This document shows positions 24,410 through 32,000 of a stretch of DNA of 32,000 bases, one piece after another (position 1 is the first letter of the stretch; every line of letters begins with the position of its first letter). The notes under the pieces are model-generated. The model had not been told where the DNA came from, ran no database searches, and saw only the letters and a program-made list of their open reading frames with translations. The stretch is from contig NZ_LZLE01000210.1 of assembly GCF_001673155.1 (NCBI RefSeq), forward strand, positions 5,871-37,870, read 5' to 3'. The translations under genes were made by a program, and so were the position numbers. The DNA comes from Mycobacterium sp. 1423905.2. GTDB lineage: Bacteria > Actinomycetota > Actinomycetes > Mycobacteriales > Mycobacteriaceae.

Positions 24410-24468
24410 TCACAACTCCCGAAGTCAGACCGGAACAGCAGCCAACGCCCAGCCGTTGAAACCATACG

Positions 24469-25581
24469 ATGACATCAACGCTAGAGAACGACGCTGTTCC
24501 GCGCCGCAAGCCCGTCGACCTCGCCGACCGGCTCCTCGACATCAAACGCATCTACCACGAACCTGACATCGAGCAGTTTCCCCGTGCCCGTCAGGTTCTC
24601 GACCGCTTCCCCGACGCCGAGCGCATCCAGGTGCTTTCCCACCAAGCCATACCCGGTCTGTACGGCAACGAAGGCAATGTCGAGGATTGGGTCCGCATCA
24701 AGCAGGAAGTGCTCGTCCTAGGCGAGAAGAAGAGCTTGTCGGCCCGCCGCAACGAGCGGTCCAGTGACTGGATCGCGCCCTCGACCGCTAACGGATGCGC
24801 AATGGCGTGCTCCTATTGCTACGTTCCGCGCCGCAAGGGCTACGCCAACCCGATCACCGTGTTCACCAACATCGAGAAGATCACCGCGTACCTCGAGCGG
24901 CACGCCGCCCGACAAGGCGTCAAGCCCGAGCCCAACCAATGTGATCCGGTGGACTGGGTATATGACCTCGGCGAGAACAGCGACTGTTCGGTCGACGCCC
25001 TGGTGTCGGACAACGTTCGCGATCTCGTCGAACTTTTCAGGCGTATTCCCAACGCCAAAGCCAGTTTTGCCACCAAGTTCGTCAACCGCGACCTGCTGGA
25101 CTACGACCCACGGGGAGGCACCCGGGTCCGGTTCAGCCTCATGCCCAAGGACACCTCCCGGCTGGTCGACATCCGGACCTCGAAGATCGTCGACCGAATC
25201 GCTGCGCTTGACGATTTCGTCGAGGCCGGCTTCGAAGTGCACCTGAACTTCAGTCCGGTCATCGTGTATGAGGGCTGGCTGGACGACTGGGCCGAGTTGC
25301 TCGACCAAATCGCCGACGGCACCAACGAACGCACCAAGCAGCAGCTTGCCGCCGAAATCATCTTCTTGACCCACAACGAGGGCCTGCACGACGTCAACCT
25401 CGGCTGGCATCCCAAGGGCGAGGAGCTGCTCTGGCGACCCGACTTGCAGCAGCTCAAGCGCAGCCAGAGCGGTCAGTGGAATGTGCGCTACAAGAGCCCG
25501 TGGAAGGGCCGTTGGGTGCAGGAGCTGACCGACCTGATCGCGATCAAGTTGCCGACCTGCCGGATCCGGTACGCGTTCTGA
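24469..25581 (+). CDS. spore-photoproduct-lyase-family radical SAM protein (SplB-like)
   Basis: Radical SAM cluster motif CAMACSYCY (CxxxCxxC) preceded by WIAPSTANG. The size is SPL-like (370 aa) and the conserved blocks run ...ITVFTNIEKI...YDLGENSDC...ASFATKF...RVRFSLMP... Confidence 0.8.
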   Translation: MTSTLENDAVPRRKPVDLADRLLDIKRIYHEPDIEQFPRARQVLDRFPDAERIQVLSHQAIPGLYGNEGNVEDWVRIKQEVLVLGEKKSLSARRNERSSDWIAPSTANGCAMACSYCYVPRRKGYANPITVFTNIEKITAYLERHAARQGVKPEPNQCDPVDWVYDLGENSDCSVDALVSDNVRDLVELFRRIPNAKASFATKFVNRDLLDYDPRGGTRVRFSLMPKDTSRLVDIRTSKIVDRIAALDDFVEAGFEVHLNFSPVIVYEGWLDDWAELLDQIADGTNERTKQQLAAEIIFLTHNEGLHDVNLGWHPKGEELLWRPDLQQLKRSQSGQWNVRYKSPWKGRWVQELTDLIAIKLPTCRIRYAF

Positions 25582-25590
25582 TCGACGGCG

Positions 25591-26664
25591 CTATTCGCGC
25601 TGGCCTCGGGTGCGGCGAAGCCACCGACCGTGCCGGATGTCGCGTTGTTCGGCAGCCTCGGTCTTCTTGACGACGCGGGTGTCCTTGGGCGGTAGCTGCA
25701 GCTCCCGTTCGGCGACAATGCCGGCCTGCAGCTGACGACCCCGTTCCAGTTCGGCGTCGAGTTCGGCGCCGAACAGCAGGGCAAGGTTGGAGATCCACAG
25801 CCACAGTAAGAACACGATGACGCCGCCCAGCGCGCCGTAGGTCTTGTTGTAGCTGCTGAAATTGCCGACGTAGAAGCCGAATCCGACCGAGGCGACCGCC
25901 CACACCAGGATCGCGACGGCCGAGCCGATGCTCAGCCAGCGGAACTTCGGTTGCCGCACGTTGGGCGTCGCGTAGTAGAGGATGGCGACTGCCAGGGTGA
26001 CGCAGACCAGGATCACCGGCCACTTGACGATGGCCCAGGCGGTCTGAGCGGCCTCTCCCAAGCCGACCGCGTTGCCGACGGCGTCGGTGACCGGCCCGCT
26101 GATCACCAGCATCAAACCCACCGCGGCCGCCAGCACCAGCCCGGCCAGGGTGAGCACCAGTTGTAACGGCCGCAGCTTCCACACCGGCCGGCCCTCGGCG
26201 ATCTCGTAGATGCGGTTCATCGCCCGCCCGAACGCGCCGACGTAACCCGACGCCGACCACAACGCGGCGGTCCCGCTGACCACCAGCGCCACACCCGCCG
26301 ACGGGTTGGCCACCACCTGTTCGATCGGTTGACGCAGCATGTCGACCGCGGACGCCGGCACCAGCCCGGCCGCTACGTCGAGCAGAGCCTTGGTGGTCCG
26401 CTGCCCCTGCCCGACCACTCCGAGCAGCGAAACCATCACGAGCAGCGCCGGAAATAGGGAGAGCACCGCGTAGTAGGTCAGCGCCGCGGCAAGGTCGGTG
26501 CATTGGTCGTCGACGAACTCACGGCCGGTCTTGCGTAGCACGAAGAGCCAGGACGCCCTGGTCAGATCGTGCGGCGAGTCAGGCTTGCTCGGGTCGTCGG
26601 GATCGGGCGCCCGTTCCCGGTCCTCGGTGAGGTGGTCGTCGGTCTCAGCTTCGGCCATACTCAT
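25591..26664 (-). CDS. YihY/BrkB (formerly 'ribonuclease BN-like') family integral membrane protein
   Basis: From ATG 26662-26664: ...SWLFVLRKTGREFVDDQCTDLAAALTYYAVLSLFPALLVMVSLLG... is followed by 5-6 further TM segments and ...YGALGGVIVFLLWLWISNLALLFGAELDAE. The upstream part of ORF 25591..27081 overlaps the PPE gene in another frame. Confidence 0.85.
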   Translation of the reverse strand: MSMAEAETDDHLTEDRERAPDPDDPSKPDSPHDLTRASWLFVLRKTGREFVDDQCTDLAAALTYYAVLSLFPALLVMVSLLGVVGQGQRTTKALLDVAAGLVPASAVDMLRQPIEQVVANPSAGVALVVSGTAALWSASGYVGAFGRAMNRIYEIAEGRPVWKLRPLQLVLTLAGLVLAAAVGLMLVISGPVTDAVGNAVGLGEAAQTAWAIVKWPVILVCVTLAVAILYYATPNVRQPKFRWLSIGSAVAILVWAVASVGFGFYVGNFSSYNKTYGALGGVIVFLLWLWISNLALLFGAELDAELERGRQLQAGIVAERELQLPPKDTRVVKKTEAAEQRDIRHGRWLRRTRGQRE

Positions 26665-26690
26665 CGATTCCCACCGACGGGCCAATCCAT

Positions 26691-28073
26691 TCAGTGCGCG
26701 AGCAGACGCTGCTTCTGCTCGGTGAACTCCTCGTCGGTGAGGATGCCGGCATCGCGCAGTGACGCAAGCTCGCGGAGCTCCGCGGCGATGCTGGTGATCG
26801 GCCCACCGACCGGCGGGCTCGGCGGCGGTTCCGGCGAGTCGGGCTGCGCCCCGTCCGCCGGCTTGCGGGTCACCGCGCCGACACGTTCGCCGATCCGCTC
26901 CCGACGACCCCCGCCGCCGCCTCCGCCGGTGCCGGCCGCCGCGCGCCCGGCCAAGCCCGCCAGCGCCATCTGGCTGAACAGACTCCCGGCGCCGGCGGTA
27001 GACGCTTCTGCCGCGGCCGCAGCCGTGGTCGCGGGCAAAGCGGTCGCCAGCAGACGCATCTCGGGGGCGGCTGCGGCCCATCCCGGCGGCACCGACAACG
27101 CCCCGACGGTAGAGGCCTCACCCAGTCCGGCCGCAGTCGTCGAGCCAACATTGGTGATCACTGGGAAAGAAGTCGGCGGTACCGGCGCGTTGCCGGGCCA
27201 CGTCTCTATTCCAGCCCAACCGCTGACGATGTCGTCGGTGTGCAGACCGACGAAGTAACCGTTGATGTCGTAGGGCAGAGCCGCGCCGGCCAGAATGCCG
27301 TCAAGGGTCAGCCCCGCGGTACCGATCTCCGGGTCCAGGAAGATGCCACTGAGGTCACCCAGCAAGTCGAGCGTGTCCAGCAGCGACAATGGTTCAGCGG
27401 CGGCCGCGCCCGGGGACGCAAGGCCGGTCAAGGCATTAGGGACCGCCGAGAACGCCTGAGCGGCGTTGGACACGGCGCTCTGGGCACTACCCGCCGTGGT
27501 GCTGGCGGCTTGGGACACCGCTGCGGCTTGGGCCACCGGGGCAGCGGCGTCGGTGGTCGACGACGGGGGAGTGAACGGAGTCAGGGCCGTCGCCGACGCG
27601 GATGCCGCGGCATAACTGAGCATCGCGCCGGCATCCTGGGCCCACATCTCGGCGTACTGCATTTCGGTGGCCGCGATGGCCGGGAGATTCTGGCCGAAGA
27701 AGTTGGTCGCCACCAAAGCCATCAACAACGCGCGGTTGGCCGCAACCACCGGCGGCGGCACGGTCGCCGCGAACGCGGTGTCGTACGCGGCGGCGGCGGC
27801 CGTCGCCTGAGTGGCGGTCTGCTCGGCCTGCGTCGCGCTCAACCGCATCCACCCGACGTAGGGAGCGGTCGCCGCGGCCATCTGCGCGGCCGACGGACCC
27901 AGCCACGGCCCGGCCGTCAGAGCGGAGATCGCCGACTCGTAGAGGCTAGCCGCGGTCTGCAGTTCGGCAGCCACCGTTTCCCAGGCCGCCGCCGCGGCGA
28001 GCAGCGGCCCCGATCCGGGGCCGGTATAGATCCGGACAGAGTTGACCTCCGGCGGGAGCGCAGTGAAATCCAT
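26691..28073 (-). CDS. PPE-family protein (SVP subtype) with C-terminal poly-Gly tract and SHOCT-like domain
   Basis: [38 protein letters not shown]...[12 protein letters not shown]...YVGWM...[35 protein letters not shown] is the PPE domain. The GALSVPPGW motif (GxxSVPxxW) is present. The tail reads ...[15 protein letters not shown]...[45 protein letters not shown]. Confidence 0.9.
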   Translation of the reverse strand: MDFTALPPEVNSVRIYTGPGSGPLLAAAAAWETVAAELQTAASLYESAISALTAGPWLGPSAAQMAAATAPYVGWMRLSATQAEQTATQATAAAAAYDTAFAATVPPPVVAANRALLMALVATNFFGQNLPAIAATEMQYAEMWAQDAGAMLSYAAASASATALTPFTPPSSTTDAAAPVAQAAAVSQAASTTAGSAQSAVSNAAQAFSAVPNALTGLASPGAAAAEPLSLLDTLDLLGDLSGIFLDPEIGTAGLTLDGILAGAALPYDINGYFVGLHTDDIVSGWAGIETWPGNAPVPPTSFPVITNVGSTTAAGLGEASTVGALSVPPGWAAAAPEMRLLATALPATTAAAAAEASTAGAGSLFSQMALAGLAGRAAAGTGGGGGGGRRERIGERVGAVTRKPADGAQPDSPEPPPSPPVGGPITSIAAELRELASLRDAGILTDEEFTEQKQRLLAH

Positions 28074-28270
28074 GGTTCCTCCGATCGGTCAGCCAAGTTG
28101 CCCAGACGGCTGCGGCGTCATCACCGCGTTCTGTTGCTGTGTGCAGTTGTTGCCTTGGTCATCATCTTCATATCCGTTTCCTGCATATTCCAAATACGTT
28201 CACGCGCAAAATCCTCGGCGTTTACTGAACCGCTTGGCCCGCGTGAGATCTGTCACAGCCGGCGGACGCC

Positions 28271-28276
28271 TATCCT
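28271..28276 (+). promoter_or_regulatory. candidate -10 hexamer (TATCCT, TANNNT class) positioned for a leaderless hrpA transcript
   Basis: TATCCT is followed by 7 nt (GGCCAAA) and then the GTG at 28284. There is no Shine-Dalgarno sequence in between. The site lies in a visibly AT-richer divergent intergenic region (28074-28283). Confidence 0.3.
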
Positions 28277-28283
28277 GGCCAAA

Positions 28284-31200
28284 GTGGTCGAACCGTCCGT
28301 CGAAACGTCGCGGGCTGCCTTGCGCAAGCAGCTGGACGGGCTGACCATCCGCGACGCTGCGCGCTTCGGCTGGCGCTTGCAGCACCTGCGCGGCGCGCGC
28401 CCGGAGAAGCTGCAGCAGCTCAGCGAGCAGATCACCAAGGCACAGCAACTCGTCGCCAGTCGGCAAGCCGCGGTTCCGGCGATCACCTACCCAGACCTGC
28501 CCGTCAGCGAGCGGCGCCAGGAGATCGCCGAGGCGCTGCGCGCACATCAGGTGGTGGTTGTCGCCGGCGAGACAGGGTCGGGCAAAACCACTCAATTGCC
28601 CAAGATCTGCCTCGACATCGGCCGCGGAATCCGCGGCACCATCGGGCATACCCAGCCGCGGCGCCTGGCCGCTCGCACGGTCGCGCAGCGCATCGCCGAC
28701 GAGCTGGGCAGCCCACTGGGTGACGCGGTGGGCTACACCGTCCGATTCACCGATCAGGTCAGCGACCGCACCTTGATCAAGCTCATGACCGACGGCATCC
28801 TGCTCGCCGAGATCCAGCGCGACCGGCGCCTGTTGCGTTACGACACCCTGATCCTCGACGAGGCCCACGAGCGCAGCCTCAACATCGATTTCCTGCTGGG
28901 CTACCTACGGGAGCTGCTGCCGCGCCGCCCGGACCTTAAGGTCATCGTCACCTCGGCAACCATCGAGCCGCAACGATTCTCCGCCCACTTCGGCGGTGCG
29001 CCCATCGTCGAGGTGTCGGGTCGCACCTACCCGGTCGAAATCCGGTATCGGCCGCTGGAAGTGCCCGTTTCAGCCCATGCCGACGAAGATCCCGACGACC
29101 CCGACCACGAGATCGTCCGTACCGAAACCCGGGACGAGATCGAAGCGATCGTCGACGCGATCCACGAACTGGAGGCAGAGCCGCCCGGTGACGTGCTGGT
29201 GTTCCTGTCCGGCGAACGCGAGATCCGCGATACCGCCGAAGCTCTCACGGGTCTGCGGCACACCGAAGTGCTGCCGTTATACGCCCGGCTGCCGACCGCA
29301 GACCAGCAGAAGGTCTTCGCACCACACACCGGGCGGCGCGTCGTGCTGGCCACCAATGTCGCCGAAACCTCACTGACCGTCCCCGGAATCCGTTACGTCG
29401 TCGATCCGGGCAATGCCCGCATCTCCCGCTACAGCCGCCGGCTCAAGGTCCAGCGCTTGCCCATCGAGCCGATCTCCCAGGCGTCCGCCGCCCAGCGCGC
29501 GGGCCGCTCGGGGCGAGTCGCGCCCGGAGTGTGCATCCGGCTGTACTCGGAGCAGGACTTCGCGGCCCGCCCGCGTTACACCGACCCGGAGATCCTGCGA
29601 ACCAACCTCGCCGCGGTGATCCTGCAGATGGCCGCCTTGCAGCTCGGTGAGGTGGAGAACTTTCCCTTCCTCGACCCGCCGGATCGCCGCAGTGTCCGCG
29701 ACGGGGTGCAACTGCTGCAGGAACTGGGCGCCTTCGATCAGCACGGCGCCATCACCGACCTCGGCCGTCGCCTGGCACGGTTGCCGGTGGATCCGAGGCT
29801 GGGCCGGATGATCCTGCAGTCCGACGTCGAGGGATGTGTACGCGAGGTGCTGGTGCTGGCCGCGGCCCTGACCATCCCCGACCCGCGCGAGCGCCCGGCC
29901 GACCGCGAAGAGGCCGCTCGCGCCCAGCACGCCCGGTTCGCCGACGACAGCTCGGACTTCCTGTCCTACCTCAACCTGTGGCGCTACTTGGGTGAGCAAC
30001 GACGAACCCTGTCGCGCAGCGCTTTTCGACGAATGTGCCGCAACGAATTTCTGCACTTCCTCCGTATCCGGGAGTGGCAGGACCTGGTCGGCCAGCTGCG
30101 CAGCATCGCGCGGGACCTAGGCATCGAAGAGTCCGACCAGCCGGCCGAACCAGGACAGGTGCACGCGGCGCTGCTGGCGGGTCTGTTGCCACACGTGGGG
30201 ATGCGCCGCGAAGACGCGCGGGAGTACCTCGGCGCGCGCAACTCGCGGTTCGTTCTCGCACCCGGCTCGGTGCTGACCAAGCGGCCGCCCCGCTGGGTGG
30301 TGGTGGCCGAGCTGGTTGAGACCAGCCGCCTGTACGGGCGGACCGCCGCACGAATCCAGCCAGAAATCGTCGAACGCGTCGCGGGCGAGCTGGTGCAGCG
30401 CACGTACAGTGAGCCGCACTGGGACGCCCAGCGCGGCGAGGTATTGGCGTACGAGCGGGTGACCCTGTACGGCCTGCCACTGGTCGCACGCCGTCGCGTC
30501 GGTTATGGCCGGATCGAGCCGGCGTTAGCGCGTGAGTTGTTCATTCGGCATGCGTTGGTCGAAGGCGATTGGCAGACCCGCCATCACTTCTTTCGCGACA
30601 ACGCGCGGCTGCGGGCGGAGCTCGAGGAACTCGAGGAGCGGGCCCGCCGTCGCGACTTGCTGGTCGGTGACGACGAGGTCTACGCGCTCTACGACGCCCG
30701 CATACCTGCCGAAGTGGTTTCCGCGCGCCACTTCGACGCCTGGTGGAAAAAGCAGCGGCACCGCACCCCGGACTTGTTGACCTTCACCCGCGACGACCTG
30801 CTGCGCGCCCGGGCAGGCTCCGACGGCGTCGGAACCGACAGACCCGACACCTGGCAAGCCGGCGACGTAGAGCTGCCGCTGACATACCGGTTCGAGCCCG
30901 GCGCCGCCGACGACGGCGTCACGGTGCATGTGCCGATCGACGTGCTGGCACGTCTGGGCCGCGACGAGTTCGCCTGGCAGGTGCCCGCGCTACGGGAAGA
31001 ATTAGTCACCGCGCTGATTCGGTCATTGCCAAAAGAGTTGCGGCGCAACTTCGTCCCCGCACCTGACACCGCTCGCGCGGTGCTCACCGGGATCGATCCG
31101 AGCAAGGAGCCGCTGCTGGCGGGGATGCAGCGCGAGTTACGCAGGCGCACAGGGGTTTTGGTGCCCATCGACGCGTTCGACCTGGAGAAGCTGCCGCCAC

Positions 31201-32000
31201 ATCTGCGGGTGAGTTTCGTAGTCGAGTCGCCGGATGGCGGCGAGGTCGCGCGCGGCAAGGACCTCACTTCGCTGCAGCAGCGACTGGCGCAACCGGCTCG
31301 CCAGGCCGTCGCTCAAACCGTCGCCGCAGAACTGGAACGCACCCAACTGCGCGGCTGGCCCGACGACCTCGACCAGCTGCCGCAAGTCGTAGAGCGCCGG
31401 GTCGACGGGCGCCTGGTGCGGGGATTTCCCGCCTTCCTCGACGCGGGCGGCGTCGTCGCACTACGGGTCTTCGCCACACCGGCGGAGCAGAAAGATGCGA
31501 CGGGCCCAGGGCTGCGTCGATTGGTGCGCCTGAGCGTGTCCTCACCGATCAAAGCGATTGAGCGGCAACTCGATCCACGCACTCGTCTCACTTTGGGCAC
31601 CAACCCCGACGGCTCCCTTTCAGCGTTGATCGAGGACTGCGCCGATGCCGCGACGGATCTGCTGATGCCCGGCCCGGTGTGGACGCGCGAGGAGTTCCAT
31701 GCCGTCTGCCACCGGGTCGGGCAAGACCTGGTCGCCACGACGCTCGACGTGGTGTCACGCGTACAAACGGTGTTGTCCGCAGCCCACGATGTGCACCTCG
31801 CCATGCCTGCGCACCCGCCGCCCGCGCAAGCCGACGCCGTCGCCGACATCCGCGCACAACTCGACGCGCTGTTGCCAGCCGGGTTCGTCACCGCCGCCGG
31901 CCGCGGGCGTCTGGCCGACCTGGCTCGATACCTGACTGCCATCCGTCGGCGTCTGGACCGGCTTCCGTTCGCGCCCGAGGCCGACCGCGAGCGAATGCAG
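28284..32000 (+). CDS. hrpA: ATP-dependent RNA helicase HrpA (DEAH-box), 3' end outside window
   Basis: This frame is open from 28284 to the window end, and no ORF is listed in it because no stop is reached. The translation VVEPSVETSRAALRKQLDGLTIRDAARFGWRL...ITYPDLPVSERRQEIAEALRAHQVVVVAGETGSGKTTQLPKICLDIGRG..GHTQPRRLAARTVAQRIADEL...KLMTDGILLAEIQRDRRLLRYDTLILDEAHERSLNIDFLLGYL..LLPRRPDLKVIVTSATIEPQRF is collinear with E. coli HrpA as I recall it. Walker A begins at nt 28566 and DEAH is at nt 28857-28868. The start codon is inferred. Confidence 0.93.
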   Translation, partial: MVEPSVETSRAALRKQLDGLTIRDAARFGWRLQHLRGARPEKLQQLSEQITKAQQLVASRQAAVPAITYPDLPVSERRQEIAEALRAHQVVVVAGETGSGKTTQLPKICLDIGRGIRGTIGHTQPRRLAARTVAQRIADELGSPLGDAVGYTVRFTDQVSDRTLIKLMTDGILLAEIQRDRRLLRYDTLILDEAHERSLNIDFLLGYLRELLPRRPDLKVIVTSATIEPQRFSAHFGGAPIVEVSGRTYPVEIRYRPLEVPVSAHADEDPDDPDHEIVRTETRDEIEAIVDAIHELEAEPPGDVLVFLSGEREIRDTAEALTGLRHTEVLPLYARLPTADQQKVFAPHTGRRVVLATNVAETSLTVPGIRYVVDPGNARISRYSRRLKVQRLPIEPISQASAAQRAGRSGRVAPGVCIRLYSEQDFAARPRYTDPEILRTNLAAVILQMAALQLGEVENFPFLDPPDRRSVRDGVQLLQELGAFDQHGAITDLGRRLARLPVDPRLGRMILQSDVEGCVREVLVLAAALTIPDPRERPADREEAARAQHARFADDSSDFLSYLNLWRYLGEQRRTLSRSAFRRMCRNEFLHFLRIREWQDLVGQLRSIARDLGIEESDQPAEPGQVHAALLAGLLPHVGMRREDAREYLGARNSRFVLAPGSVLTKRPPRWVVVAELVETSRLYGRTAARIQPEIVERVAGELVQRTYSEPHWDAQRGEVLAYERVTLYGLPLVARRRVGYGRIEPALARELFIRHALVEGDWQTRHHFFRDNARLRAELEELEERARRRDLLVGDDEVYALYDARIPAEVVSARHFDAWWKKQRHRTPDLLTFTRDDLLRARAGSDGVGTDRPDTWQAGDVELPLTYRFEPGAADDGVTVHVPIDVLARLGRDEFAWQVPALREELVTALIRSLPKELRRNFVPAPDTARAVLTGIDPSKEPLLAGMQRELRRRTGVLVPIDAFDLEKLPPHLRVSFVVESPDGGEVARGKDLTSLQQRLAQPARQAVAQTVAAELERTQLRGWPDDLDQLPQVVERRVDGRLVRGFPAFLDAGGVVALRVFATPAEQKDATGPGLRRLVRLSVSSPIKAIERQLDPRTRLTLGTNPDGSLSALIEDCADAATDLLMPGPVWTREEFHAVCHRVGQDLVATTLDVVSRVQTVLSAAHDVHLAMPAHPPPAQADAVADIRAQLDALLPAGFVTAAGRGRLADLARYLTAIRRRLDRLPFAPEADRERMQ

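Noticed and set aside
26665-27081. N-terminal 139 codons of the 496-aa minus-strand ORF (YihY extension)
   Set aside because: It overlaps the PPE gene 3' end in another frame and is Arg/Gly-rich. The conserved YihY sequence begins after ATG 26664.
1-32000. CRISPR arrays, IS/transposase genes, integrases, tRNA/rRNA genes and known defence-system genes
   Set aside because: I saw no spaced repeats, no transposase- or integrase-like translations in any listed ORF, and no intergenic region long enough with tRNA-like structure.

Overview
High-GC actinobacterial chromosome segment, almost certainly from a slow-growing Mycobacterium: it carries PE, PPE and PGRS genes, a GlnA1-type glutamine synthetase and a cutinase. 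I did not see any tRNA or rRNA gene, CRISPR array, IS element or prophage signature. Gene content in order: a 5'-truncated STAS anti-sigma antagonist; two small overlapping minus-strand genes (one DUF3072) and a divergent plus-strand hypothetical gene; a minus-strand Zn-ADH plus SRPBCC pair; a plus-strand five-gene block (alpha/beta esterase, PNK-like P-loop kinase, Baeyer-Villiger monooxygenase, aldehyde dehydrogenase, ChoD-like GMC oxidoreductase); a glnA1-like gene away from the glnE/glnA2 neighbours I recall; a K+ channel with RCK-like modules on both sides of the pore; a decayed ADH pseudogene; an acyltransferase plus SRPBCC pair; a CsbD plus coiled-coil tandem; a minus-strand cutinase / Cys-rich secreted protein / thioredoxin-like cluster with a Shine-Dalgarno-occluding hairpin; a 2-hydroxyacid dehydrogenase; then an accessory-looking PE/PPE region and a 3'-truncated hrpA. 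The PE/PPE region holds the most unusual items. A PE_PGRS with a PecA-like aspartic protease domain sits directly upstream of a PPE gene whose C-terminus is a PE_PGRS-type linker plus PGRS tract. A PPE-SVP protein ends in a poly-Gly tract and a SHOCT-like domain. The same region carries DUF3253, an SGNH lipase, a spore-photoproduct-lyase-like radical SAM enzyme and a YihY-family protein. All functional calls rest on reading the supplied translations for motifs; no database search was possible.
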